A stretch of 62,710 nucleotides of DNA, counting the filler, from Bipalium vagum (Eukaryota): the NCBI GenBank assembly GCA_037834085.1. It is 3 parts of 3 records of this genome, joined end to end, with 100 filler letters (N's around TTAATTAATTAA, not from the genome) between each part and the next. Parts side by side here need not be neighbours in the genome. Positions count along the whole stretch, not along the records: positions 47,138 to 62,710 come from JBBMKC010159094.1; 2 more parts are not named here. One strand, written 5' to 3'. Under the pieces are notes generated by a model, which saw only the letters and a list, made by a program, of their open reading frames with translations, was not told the DNA's origin and ran no database searches. A program made the translations under genes and the position numbers. Shown here piece after piece: positions 51,297-62,710 of this stretch (position 1 is its first letter; each line of letters begins with the position of its first letter).

Positions 51297-52330
51297 ATAT
51301 TGTCGGAAAGTTCTTGGTCTAGTCAAGAAATAACAATGAAATCAAACAAAAGCATTTATTTTAATCAACAAAAAACCCTTGTAGATCAATACAACGATAC
51401 CAGCGATTTTCCATTTTTCTATGCTTTCTAAAAATTACTTTGATTGAATTCTCCAAAATATTGTTTTGTTTCCTATTTCACTTTCTCATTTGACTTGAAT
51501 TTCTTATCGAAAAGGAATCTTTTGAAATTGAGAAATAAAAAGAGGTCATTGCTTGTCAAATCTGAAGAATATTGAGGTTGAGATATCAATCCAAAGCCTA
51601 ATTTGTCTAATTTTGCTAGAACATCAAGTGATGTATGAGAAGGTGCGTTGTCGTGATGAGACAGTAATTTTGTATTCATCAAAAGTGGTCGACCTATTTA
51701 GAGTTAATTCTTCAGACCATGGAGCAACACTGGATAATGAGATCCTATTATATTTTTCCCTTTCTCAACATAGTCTGTGAGTTCTTGATATTCCAAAAAA
51801 TCGTAGCCATAATCTTACCAGTTGTTTTTTTTAACTCTTCAGTGCATTTTTTCATATGAAATTCATTGCGTCGATTACTAAGTAGAATATGGAGTATAAT
51901 CATGAAACCATGTTTCATCGTAGTGACGGCGCAAGAAGTCGTTTGGATTTTTTTTGAAAGAGTGCCAAACTTTTCTCCGAATTATTAACACGTTGCGTCT
52001 TTGGATCAGTGGTTAATGAAAGCGGGAACCATTTTTCAATCCCCTTTTTCATGTACTGTAAACTCTACATTGTCTTTTGAAATTTCCATAACCTCAGTAA
52101 TCCGTCTAATCTTCACTTTTCGATCTACCATTATCATTTTATGTATTAACCTAGTATTTTGATCAGTTGTTCTATCAATTGGACAACCACCATCTTTAGT
52201 GTATGTGATACCTAGTTTAAAATCTGAATACCAATTCCAAACCTTCTTTTGTTTCAGTATTTTTGTTCTTTCATAAAATAATGTTTCATTAATATCCTAA
52301 ATTTGTATTTGCCTATTTCAAACAGGCAGT
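51297..52330 (-). mobile_element. Near full-length degenerate mariner (irritans/Himar1-like)
   Basis: KWFPLSLT, DETWFHDYTP, HHDNAPSH, QPQYSSDLTSNDLFLF, RWYRCIDLQG. Confidence 0.85.
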
Positions 52331-53319
52331 TATTAAAATTATTTAAATTGATTGTATAAAACAAAAAATAATAAAGAATTTTTGTATGTAATTTAGAAGA
52401 TTTTTTTTTAAATAAGCATATAAAATTTTATTTAGCTTTCGAACGTTTCGGACAGCCTAGTATAATATTACTTAAATATGTCGATTACTTGTCATCAAGT
52501 GCTTTCAGTAATATCTGGCGAAATGATTAACTAGGATATGTTTTGCTCGCAAGTTGAACAATAAGATATACCAAAATCCACAACATCGCAGACATTGTCT
52601 ACATCATAAATCATTGTGTACTTTAATCAAATTATTTGTCTATATATTTAGGATATTTTTTTCCTAGTCACCAGACTTGTTTCTCAACCATTATTATTTG
52701 TCTAGGTCGTTACAGAATTCTTGAACAAGTAGATTCTACTGACTAAGATTCCTTTAGAAGATATGTTTACCAATTTTATGCCAGTAAATCTTCTCTAAGT
52801 TCTATAAAAGGTAATTACTTAAAAGGTGACATGAAGTTATTCATAATAACAGTGAAAATACCAAAAATGAAAAGTTAATGTCTGTGATGATTTTCGTGCA
52901 AATCTAACAAACTCTGTTTTAAATATAAGTGTAATATTCAATATTTAAATTTTATGTGAAATCAATAATCTATCGGTTAATTTAAATACTAAAATTCAAG
53001 AATATCAAGAAGATAGAATTATGCGAGAAATCATTGATTATAAGTCATACATGATTCATAGTATCCAACATTTATCTAAGGAAGATATGGACTTCCATGT
53101 GGAAATGTCGGAAAAAATATTTTGTCAATAAATATTTTTGATTTTATCTTTTTATATATTTTAATTATCTCCTTTTTAAATATTTCTCATATTTTGTTAT
53201 TAAATTCTAAAAAAATTGAAGCACTTCTACGAATTTTAAAATTATAATAAAAAACAATAATCAAACAATAGTTTTTGTGAAGAAAGATATAAAAGTGGAT
53301 TAATCAAAGGGTTAATTAA

Positions 53320-54200
53320 TAGATTATGGTCTTTAACATCAGATTATAAAGAGATAGATAAAGAACTGGATATTATAAAAGAAAGATTTAAAAAGAATGC
53401 ATATCCAGATAGAAAGATAGAAAAAATAATCAATGGAACAATTAGCAAATTAATAACTGGAAAAGAAAAAAATGAAAAGAAAATTGAAAATAGAAAAGAA
53501 GAGTTTAAGATCGTACTAAAAATACTCTTTTCAAAAGGATTTAGAACATTTAAGAACATAATAGAAAGAACTATTGAGCTTGACGATTTAAAATTTATTT
53601 CAATAACAACAAAAAAAAAGGTATTAAAAATTAAAACTCTAACACCTGCAATATTGTAAGCTAATATCGTATACTAATTTAAATGTCATGGGTGTAATAG
53701 CCTATACATAGGGGAGACAAAGTATCACCTCTGAACACGTATTAGCGAATTTTCGCAATTAAACAGAACGAGTAAAGTTTTAGATCATTCTTTGAATTGT
53801 GTTGTGCGAAAAGGGAAAGTTAATGCTGAAGAATTTCGAATACTTATGAATAATTTTGATAATAACGATGAACGGAAGATATGTGAATCGTTATTAATAA
53901 AAGCGTGGCAACCGGAGATCAATATTCAAACTGGAGAAAGTAAAAGCCAATTGGTGGTCAATGTTTTCTCAAACTAATTAATTTTTGGAAAAATTTTTTT
54001 TTTAAAAATGAATGTTTTTTTAAAGAGAAAAGAATTTTTTAAAAGTTAAAAATAATAATTTCCACCATTCAGAATTTTACAAAATATTTAAATTAAAAAT
54101 TAGACCGATGTTTAGATAAATAAAAAATGTTGTTGTTAATATGAATGACCGATGATGAGCTGATAATAGTTCGAAACATGTTTCTTGATAATAAATGTTT
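53320..54200 (+). mobile_element. Penelope-like retroelement 3' part (RT thumb, GIY-YIG endonuclease, terminal region)
   Basis: ELDIIKERFKKNAYP, IVY*FKCHGCNSLYIGETK, TRISE, ESLLIKAWQPEINIQ, then a hammerhead motif and AATAAA. Confidence 0.85.
54143..54187 (+). ncRNA. Minimal type-I hammerhead ribozyme (Penelope-associated, degenerate)
   Basis: CCGATGA-T-GAGCT(gataat)AGTTC-GAAAC-AT-GT-T: core with a U4>C change, 5-bp stem II and palindromic ACATGT stem III. Stem I is weak. Confidence 0.65.
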
Positions 54201-56493
54201 GGAAAAAATTTATTCAAAATTATTGAAATGCGTCTATTTAAAAAAAATGTATGATGTTCACAAGATTAAAAATAATAAAAAATATATATTATATTATTTT
54301 GAATATCAAATATAAAATTTTAATAAAAAAAATCTTCATGTTCAGCTATTATTTTAATATATATCACATAATATAATAAAAATATTTTATTTCAATTATT
54401 ACTATTCACAAATTTGAGTGAAACACTCTGATTTAAGATTGTGTTGGTAACAATTTTATTTTATCTTAAAAAATTAAATAATTAATTAACTTAAAAATTT
54501 TTCTTCTAAAATTAAATAAAATAATTATAAAATAACAAAAAGTATTTTAAAAAAAAATTATTTTATACTATTGTTCTCCTAGGTTAGATGAAACTTATAA
54601 GAGAGAATTTTAAGTTTAACAATTATTTTAAAAGTTTTAATATCTCTACCCGAAAATGAACGAAGAATGATTTTACAAAAAATATATTATTATCATAATT
54701 CCCAAAGTGCTTTATCAACACAGTTAATTAACTTTCATTTGACAATGTATCGAAATTAGCCTTTATTTCTCTTTGGAAAAAAGATTTTGGAAAATAGAAA
54801 GACAGGCTCGGCCGCTCACCAGCTTTTATAATCGAATAAATTCCAATAATCCCCAGTTTTGTCATATTTAATTCCAAAAATAGTATTGAAAAGTGGAATA
54901 GAGCCATCATATTAAATTTTTTGACAATTCTCTGAATCCATTCAATTCCCGTAATGCTCTCCTCTCCAGAATTTTTTGGTAGATAATAATCGAAGCCACA
55001 TTTTATTATTAAAATTATTATGATTTTATAAAGGTATTGGTAAATTGGAATTAAGTTAAATAAAATACTTAAATTAAATTATTCATTTTAATTGCATTAT
55101 TAAAACAAAAACGGTAACAGATAAAGTCTTGTATATAAATTTATTTTTCGATTTTACCATTTTTTTTTCTGAAAATAATTTTTTTAATTTTATATTATCA
55201 ATTTTAAAATGTTTTTATCTTTTCTTAATTTACTTGTTTTTGTAATTTGATAATTTTCCCTTTTCTATTTGTGCAATTTAAATGATCTAAAATCAATATG
55301 AAAAATGGCTATGATCAGTGCCGATCTAAAATGCAATATTTAGAAAACATTATTACATAAAAATTATACGTTCTGTAGCTATTGGAAAAAGATTTTTAAC
55401 ACTTTCTCAAAGAGGACTTACACATTTCAGATATATAAAACTATATTTGATTTAGTTTTCTTAGAAATGATAAGATATATTTTCATTGATACTCAGAGAA
55501 AGGTGTCAGGTCAGTGGTGAATAAAGACGATGTACAATGATGAAACTTACATTTTTGGGATAGATTTAGGATAACTGGGGAATAAATAGATTTTTGTCAG
55601 AAAATAAGAAAGATTTATCTCCTTTTGCAAAGTCCTCTCATTATAAGAATTTTTCAATTTTTTTTTTCAATAACGATACATGTGACAAGCTCAAAAAGGG
55701 GAAAAGAATAATAATAAATGAAAATAATAATTTAAATTTGTATTTCTTGTTAATGAAAATAAATCCACGAAATTTTTAAGTTTCTTTATTGAATATTTTT
55801 ACTATTAACTTTTGAGCATCCCTAAATTTTTATATTTATATTTTTTATTTATATTTAATATTTATATTTAATATTATTGGTATTCTGTAAATGTTTTCAG
55901 AGAACAGTAAATGTTAAATAAGAAAGATAATTTATATATTATAATTAATTATAATAAATTATTTTCAATTATTAATGAAATTAACATTTCTTTGGTTAAG
56001 ACATTATATCTTTTTTTTATCCACATAATGGGTAAGCTTTTTTAAATTAAAATTTATGAATAAATAAATTTTAATTCAGACTTCCTATTGAAAATTTACA
56101 ACAAAGGCCCTTGGTCATTTATCTTAACCAGGCACAGAAAAGAGAAATCTTATTCTTACAGAAATTTATAAAGGGAAATTGAAAAGATCTAATAATTTTA
56201 ATAATTCATAATATATCTGCAAAAGGCACCCATTCATCTAGAAAAATCAAAAAACAATTTTTTTCTTATAAAAAATTTAACTACAACGATTTAATTCGCC
56301 ATTACTATTGAAATTAACTTCGTTAAATTATTTCAATTAAAATGTAATTAGTTGTCTAAAATCCTTATGGCAAAATAATAAAAATAAAGAGATTTATTTT
56401 AAGCCGCTTTTTAATGCCCGTTGTGACTACTGAAATTTAAATACCGAGATTAGTTTACATGGACAGTTATTTGAAATTTAGAATATGAATTAT

Positions 56494-56637
56494 NNNNNNN
56501 NNNNNNNNNNNNNNNNNNNNNNNNNNNNNNNNNNNNNNNNNNNNNNNNNNNNNNNNNNNNNNNNNNNNNNNNNNNNNNNNNNNNNNNNNNNNNNNNNNNN
56601 NNNNNNNNNNNNNNNNNNNNNNNNNNNNNNNNNNNNN
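56494..56637. other. Scaffold gap (144 N, no linker)
   Basis: Plain run of N. Confidence 0.95.
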
Positions 56638-57390
56638 TCAATTATTCAGTCATCACATATTTAATCGATAAAAATATAAATAATTTAAGAAAATAATTTA
56701 CACTAATAATATTTATTATATCTCAATTGGTGAATTAAATATTGACATTCATTTCTTAATTTCTTTCATTCTTATTATTTGTAAATAAATGGAAAATAAA
56801 AAATATTTTAATTTATATTTCTTGTTTGACTGCTGTTGCACAAAAACTATTTTTCCAAAATTTACTACATAAAAATATGTATTTCTGAAGAATATAATTT
56901 TCCATAGTAAATATTTTTCATTTCTACTCTTCCATTTATCTTAATTAATTATAATTTCCCTTCTAAGATTTGTCTATTATAATAATATCACGGATAATTT
57001 GGCAGGAGCACGTTTTATTTTATAAAATAATTTAAAATTTATTTAAAAATATTAAAATAAATTGAAAATTAAATTATTCGAACTTCTTTTCAGCTTACGA
57101 AATTTAGATTCAGTAACAAAAATATTATTTTAAAAATTCTGGAAAAATAATCAACATTAAAACAGCTTAAATTTTGAGTTTTTCATCAAACTATCAAAAT
57201 TAAGTTTGATTTATTATAATGTATCGAACTTTTTATGTTTAGGACTAAAATATTTTTAGTAATATAATCAATCATTCATATTCAGAAATTTCTTCAGGAA
57301 TTTGTTATTTTAGATTGAATTTTATACAACATTTTCCCAGAGGCCATAATATTAATAATATTAATATTAATTAAAATAATAATAATACAT

Positions 57391-57392
<2 letters not shown>

Positions 57393-57473
<81 letters not shown>
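57393..57473. repeat. (AAT)n microsatellite, interrupted
   Basis: Directly visible. Confidence 0.9.
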
Positions 57474-57474
<1 letters not shown>

Positions 57475-58459
57475 CTGTTTTAATATTAGTAGAGTAAGAA
57501 TGGCCTGTGGAGACCACATCTAACTATAAAACTTTTTATGACACATTGTTTCCAAATGATTGAAAACCTTAAATCACTTTTCGTCATTCATTGAGATCCT
57601 ATCAAATGATCCTATCTTTATTAATGGCAAAGATTAGATTTTATTAGAACGAAGTTACAACTTTTGAAAGTTATGCCAGATCAACTTTTTAATGCTGGTT
57701 TATACAAATAAATCTGTATACGAAAGCTTGTGTCATGAAGACTTGAATAAACAACTACTTTGAGTTCGTTTTCTTCAATTGTAATTGAATACCAACTCCA
57801 TTAAATGTATTCCATGCAAAAATTATTAATAACCAACTTTATTGTAATAAACAACATAAGGTTTTAACCATTTTTGTTTTGAATAAAATACTTTAAATAG
57901 TTAATATGAGTGAATTTAGAAATAATTATAGATTTTTCCCTTTTATATTCGAAATTTAAATGTAAGCCACTAATAAGTAATTTTTCGATTTATAAAATAA
58001 AATAAGAAAAATTTAGAAATAAATAATCTTGTTAATATTTTTGCATTTTTTTTGTTTTACTAATTTAATTATATTTATGAAAAATAAATATATTATAATC
58101 ATTACGAATATTTAAAAAGGTATGTTATATAAGATAATATAAACAACAATAAATAGATAAAATCTTGGTTAATTATTAAAATGTTGAATATTGCAATTTT
58201 TTAATATTTTAATTTGTTTAACTAAATGTTTAAATAGAGCGTTAAAAATGCGGCATAAATAATGAATATTTTATGCAGTTTTTAATGATTTTTCTTTGAA
58301 ATGAAAATGATATTTTATTGGTACAATTTATTTCGTTTTCCCATTTTTTACAAACAATAAATTATTTATAATTATTAAAAATAATAATGTCGCAGTTTGC
58401 GTTCGATCAATTCATAATTGTAAATTTAAATCCAAATTTTTATTAAATTTTACTATTGA

Positions 58460-58780
58460 TCATTCGTTTTTTTGGGGTAGGACCTGCAGCACCTGTTTTA
58501 ATTGCCTGTATATGACCAAAGACCAAGTTGTAGTGGAAAATGCTATTATAAAAAGTTTAGAGAATGTTTTCCAAACTCCTAATGTTGTAATACTGTTTCC
58601 AGAAAAGGCGGTTGAATATTCAGTGGTATAGAGTGTGGCAATAGTAGATGCCTTTAGATAGAAGTTGCTGACTGACGAAGGGAACCACTTGAGCAGCATA
58701 TTCTCACTCGCATAGTATCTGACAAATATACTGCTTTCAATGAAATCCTATTTGTTAGTTGTGGCTAAAATATCATTACA
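58460..58780 (-). mobile_element. Degenerate LINE fragment (RT C-terminal region and RNase H start)
   Basis: Across frameshifts: SLKAVYLS...EYAAQV(W)FP and VIY...KTGAA, resembling LEYxxxVW and IYTDGS...GAA. Confidence 0.4.
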
Positions 58781-60975
58781 CTCCATAATAATTTATTAAT
58801 TCAAACCGTTTTCTGTTTTTGTTCATTTTACTATTAAAACAAATGAAATTATATATTTTTCACATTTAAATGTTCGCATTTAATTCGAACATATTGAGCT
58901 TTAAAATTTATCCTTGTTTTTATTAAAAATTTAATTTATACTTTTATTTAATTATTAATATCTTTTTGCTAAATATACTGCGAATTAAATTAAAAATTAA
59001 ATGTTACGCAGATATTTTTAGCTTCTTACACTATTAATTTGTGGTGGTTTATACAGTCACAATTTGTTTGTCAAAATTATCAAGAAAAAATCAAAGGTGT
59101 TGAATTATTCATTAATTATGATTAGTGACATTTTCATGTATGATAATTGCTATAATAAAAAATTAAGTTTAAAAATATGAATTTACGAACGTAAATCGCA
59201 ATATTACGTATCTTAATATGAAAAGATATACTAAATCGAATTTAAAATAGATAATTAATCGAAAATAGAAATTACTATGAATAGAAATTAATGTAAATAA
59301 AATAATGTTTTTAAAAATCAGATTTGCAAATAAATATTTTAAAACCATTTGTGTTATCTCAGTTTATTTGAATTTTTATTGTGACAGTAAATTTCAGTTT
59401 TTTTGATTGAACGTTCATCGGTAAACCCTTCTGATATTCAATATTTTGTTAAGTAACCTAAAAGACCAATTTCAATCTTCTTAACCCATCTAAAATTAGT
59501 CACTTTTTAAGAACTTAACACATTTATTTTTAAGATTTGTTTAAATAGATCAATTAAATATATCACTTTATACTTACAGTTATCTTCTTTTAAACTTCTT
59601 TTATTATTTTTATGTTTGCTTATTTTAAAATTTTAAAATGTTTTAGATGGATATGCAATTGGAATTCGACCTTCAAGATAAAGCATTTAATCTTATCAAA
59701 CTTTGGATTACCTTCTCGTTTGTTCAATGAATCTCATATTTTTCTAACTGTTTTTTAAAAATTTTGTATCATTGAGACTAGGTCTTTTATGCTTCAACTG
59801 TTTCTTATAATTTAGATCAGTTGTTTCTAAACATAATAGATTTAAATAAACGGCAGTCATTTAACAAGATCAAAACTATAAGGTAATCGAAAAAACACTT
59901 AAGCATTAATCAACAACAAAGTCAACATTAATAACAAGTATATTTGACTATTGCTCTAACCCAATCGTCTTATAATAAATATGACTACTTATAAATAATA
60001 AAAAGAATATAAATAAGTACATAAAATATCAAATTAATGCTCCTTATTTCTTTTGATCATTGCCGTCTACAGTCAGTTGTGTCATAAATAGAGTCATTCT
60101 CTCGCTTAGAGTTTCAAGAAACAAGTGGTCTCTCTTACAATTTTTCCAATGGTGTAATCCGTAGTTGTCTATTCTAGAAGCTCCAATTGGTTACCTGCAA
60201 CCATATGTCGAACTCACAGAGCTGGATATTGGCGTTAAGAAAATTAATTCATTGCCAGAAATTAAAAACGAGTCATGTAATTAAATTTTGCTGGTCTTAA
60301 TTCCCGAATTCCGTCGTTCTTGACTGACACCCTGGGATCCATTAAGGAACTCATCGTTGATACAGGAACCAGGAAGACTCTTCCAGCTGATCTATTTTAC
60401 CATCATTATTATTATATTATTTATTATAATAATTATTATTGTTTTTTTTTATTTCATTTGATTATTAATTTGTCATTTGATTTCATTATCTTATCACTGT
60501 GATTGTTTATTATTGTTTTATTATTATAATGTAATTTATGCATAAGATTTTTAATGTTCTAGATATTTTTTTATTATCCACACTACTACTTCTTTGGTGA
60601 TGTATAGTAGGAATTTGACTAGAACTGTGAGGGTGAAAACATTCAGAGTTATCTTAGTGCTATATAGACATAAGAGTCAGTGAGATTCAGAGAAGTGTTG
60701 ACTATTGGTTGTAAAGTATAGTTTGATTAATATTGAAATTCTTCATAATTTCGAACAGACTTTCAATAAATCTTATTGTTGTTATTCGATATCTTGGCTT
60801 ACTCGAAGAATTATAGTGGAACCTAATCATAAAACAAGGTAGTGAGTCTCATAATAGTAACTGGTTAATATTAAAATATTCTTCTATGAATAATTGTAAT
60901 TTTTATAATCTTGTCTATTAGAAAAGAAAAAATTTTTGTTTTTTTAATTTAAGGGTTGAGGCCTTTGTTAATTAA

Positions 60976-62233
60976 TTAAATTCCCATAGAAAGGATTTGG
61001 TTATCACGTTTTCCTAATTTTCTAATGAAATTTGAGAATTGCAATCCTTGTCTAACCTGGAATCAAAAATGAAATATAAATAAAAATTAAAAATATTTCT
61101 AATAATAATATTGTTACTTTATTTTATCATAAATCAAAACCATATTGACTTACATAGGAAAATTTTTTCCTACCTGTAAAAATAATCGGACAAATTAATA
61201 TTATATATTTTAAAATATATATAATAAAAAATTCAGTTAAATTAATAATATAAGGCATACAACATTATTATTTCTCAAGCTTTAGCAACCCTATATTAAA
61301 AACGTTATGAAAAGATTTGAACCTTAACAAAATGGTGTTAACATTAAGAAATGTGTATATTTTAAAATTCTTTGTAATTGAAAAAGAGTTTGTTGATAAA
61401 TATTAATTTCTGATAATGAAAATAAAAAAAATATTGGATAAATTTAATAAAGAAACTATATTTTTCAGTTCCTGGTAAAAATGGAAAAAACATTGAAGAT
61501 AAATATTTGACTCCGATATCTTATTTTAATTTTTTATAATATATTTCACTTTAATTTTTAACCTTGGTGCTACCACTGGGGTCCATATGGACCCCATGGA
61601 TACTTTGAGATGAAATATCTTATGGATACTTCATTCGATTGCGCAATAAATTTTGGACATTTAATTATATGACAAAATTTATGAAATGCATTCATATAAT
61701 ACATAAATATCAAACCATAATGGTAGGGCATTGTATTGTAACACTCACAACCAATGGGGTCCAATTTGACCCCATTTCAATTTAATCTACTTATAAGCAA
61801 TTTACAAAGGAACTACCGTATTTAAAACTTTTATTTGTCAATAAATAATAGAATAACATAACATTGAACTTCGAAAAATATGAACGTCCTAGACATTCCT
61901 TGATACAGCACACGAAATACATATCAATTCCGAATGCTCTTGGCACACAAACTTGCCACATTTGCTGCATTTCTCACGTACCTTACGATCAAGATCTCGA
62001 GCGCAACAACAACAACGTCCACGTTTCCTTGCTCCACTTGGAACTGTCAAATTTTTATTTCCCATATCAACAGGCATTTTCCGCTGACAATTTTTTTTAT
62101 CTAATCTTCTTTTGTCTCGGCCCATTTTTAAAATTTTCCATTCTTTACAAATCTGAATAGATTTTATTATTTTAATGGAATATTGACAGAGAATTAACAT
62201 GACCAAGGTCCTTATAATATACTTAACTTTCAT
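60976..62233 (-). CDS. Candidate small secreted prohormone / neuropeptide precursor, ~61 aa; exons 62233-62149, 61173-61154, 61056-60976
   Basis: Phase-consistent GT-AG model giving MKVKYIIRTLVMLILCQYSIKIIKSIQIC-RKK-FSYVRQGLQFSNFIRKL-GKR-DNQILSMGI*. The 20-nt exon has a TTTTTACAG acceptor and GTAAGT donor. Confidence 0.4.
61562..62140 (-). mobile_element. piggyBac 3' end
   Basis: TTAA at 61558-61561 then CCTT terminus; GGGGTC...GACCCC subterminal palindromes near 61577 and 61755; Cys-rich C-terminal domain RGRCCCC...CSKCGKFVCQEH...CISC. Confidence 0.85.
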
Positions 62234-62710
62234 TGACTATTTTATCTTAACAATGGAATATTAAATCAAAAATATATTATTTTTTATGTTGACGATTAAA
62301 AATTATCTTGTTTACTTTCACGAGTATTTATTGTCCTCTTCATATTTTTCTACTGGCTTATCAATATATAATATATTAATATAATATATTAATTATATTA
62401 ATTTTCTAAATTTCTAAACTTTTTTTAAATTTTCAGAAATTTTTCACACATTATTTTTTAATTTTTAAATATTTTTGTGCATAAGTGATGGATGCTTTAT
62501 AATGTTTACGTTTGACTGTAAATAAATATTAAAGCATATTCTTTTTATTATAATTTAATTCGTTGGTCTACACTTCACAGTGATTTCCATAAGGTTTTTA
62601 TTTTTTTGTCGATCATAAACAACGCATATAACTACTCTTATTATCTTATATTAATAAAAGTCGATCTTCAATTAAAAGTAATAAATAATAAACCTAATAA
62701 TTTTAATAAA

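Noticed and set aside
54590-55010. Possible minus-strand exon (ORF 54728-54910 and extension)
   Set aside because: No convincing splice sites or recognisable motif; could not be supported.
58460-58747. Apparent terminal exon with CTAAC branch point and a 95-codon frame
   Set aside because: Neighbouring frames carry LINE RT/RNase H-like remnants, so it is better explained as retroelement debris.
61889-62233. 114-aa ORF as a single zinc-finger gene
   Set aside because: The C-terminal part is a piggyBac Cys-rich domain next to its TIR and TTAA; the N-terminus is unrelated sequence.

Overview
AT-rich, transposon-rich eukaryotic (animal) DNA. The TPPP sequence and the ~40-50 nt introns suggest a flatworm or other lophotrochozoan, but this is inference only. 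Two identical artificial linkers (44 N + TTAATTAATTAA + 44 N, at 19533-19632 and 47038-47137) split the window into three segments that may not be adjacent in the genome. Segment 1 holds a complete 12-exon gene for a 4-coumarate:CoA ligase / firefly-luciferase-like acyl-CoA synthetase (1973-15420, +, 541 aa). A convergent paralog follows it, with only the last three exons present (15796-18479, -), and a truncated minus-strand gene with an X-box sits at the left edge. Segment 2 holds intronless genes for an achaete-scute-like bHLH, TPPP/p25-alpha, a claudin/PMP22-like 4-TM protein and an uncharacterised secreted protein, plus a 2-exon EPN C-type lectin/PAN-like gene. Segment 3 is mostly TE debris, including a Penelope 3' end with a minimal hammerhead ribozyme. 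It also carries a candidate micro-exon gene for an amidated-peptide prohormone (60976-62233, -) that the ORF track misses. TE remnants include mariner, Tc1, pogo, hAT, Merlin, Chapaev-like, piggyBac, Ty3/gypsy, LTRs, NeSL-like, Penelope and LINE. All family assignments come from motif recognition by eye; no searches were run.
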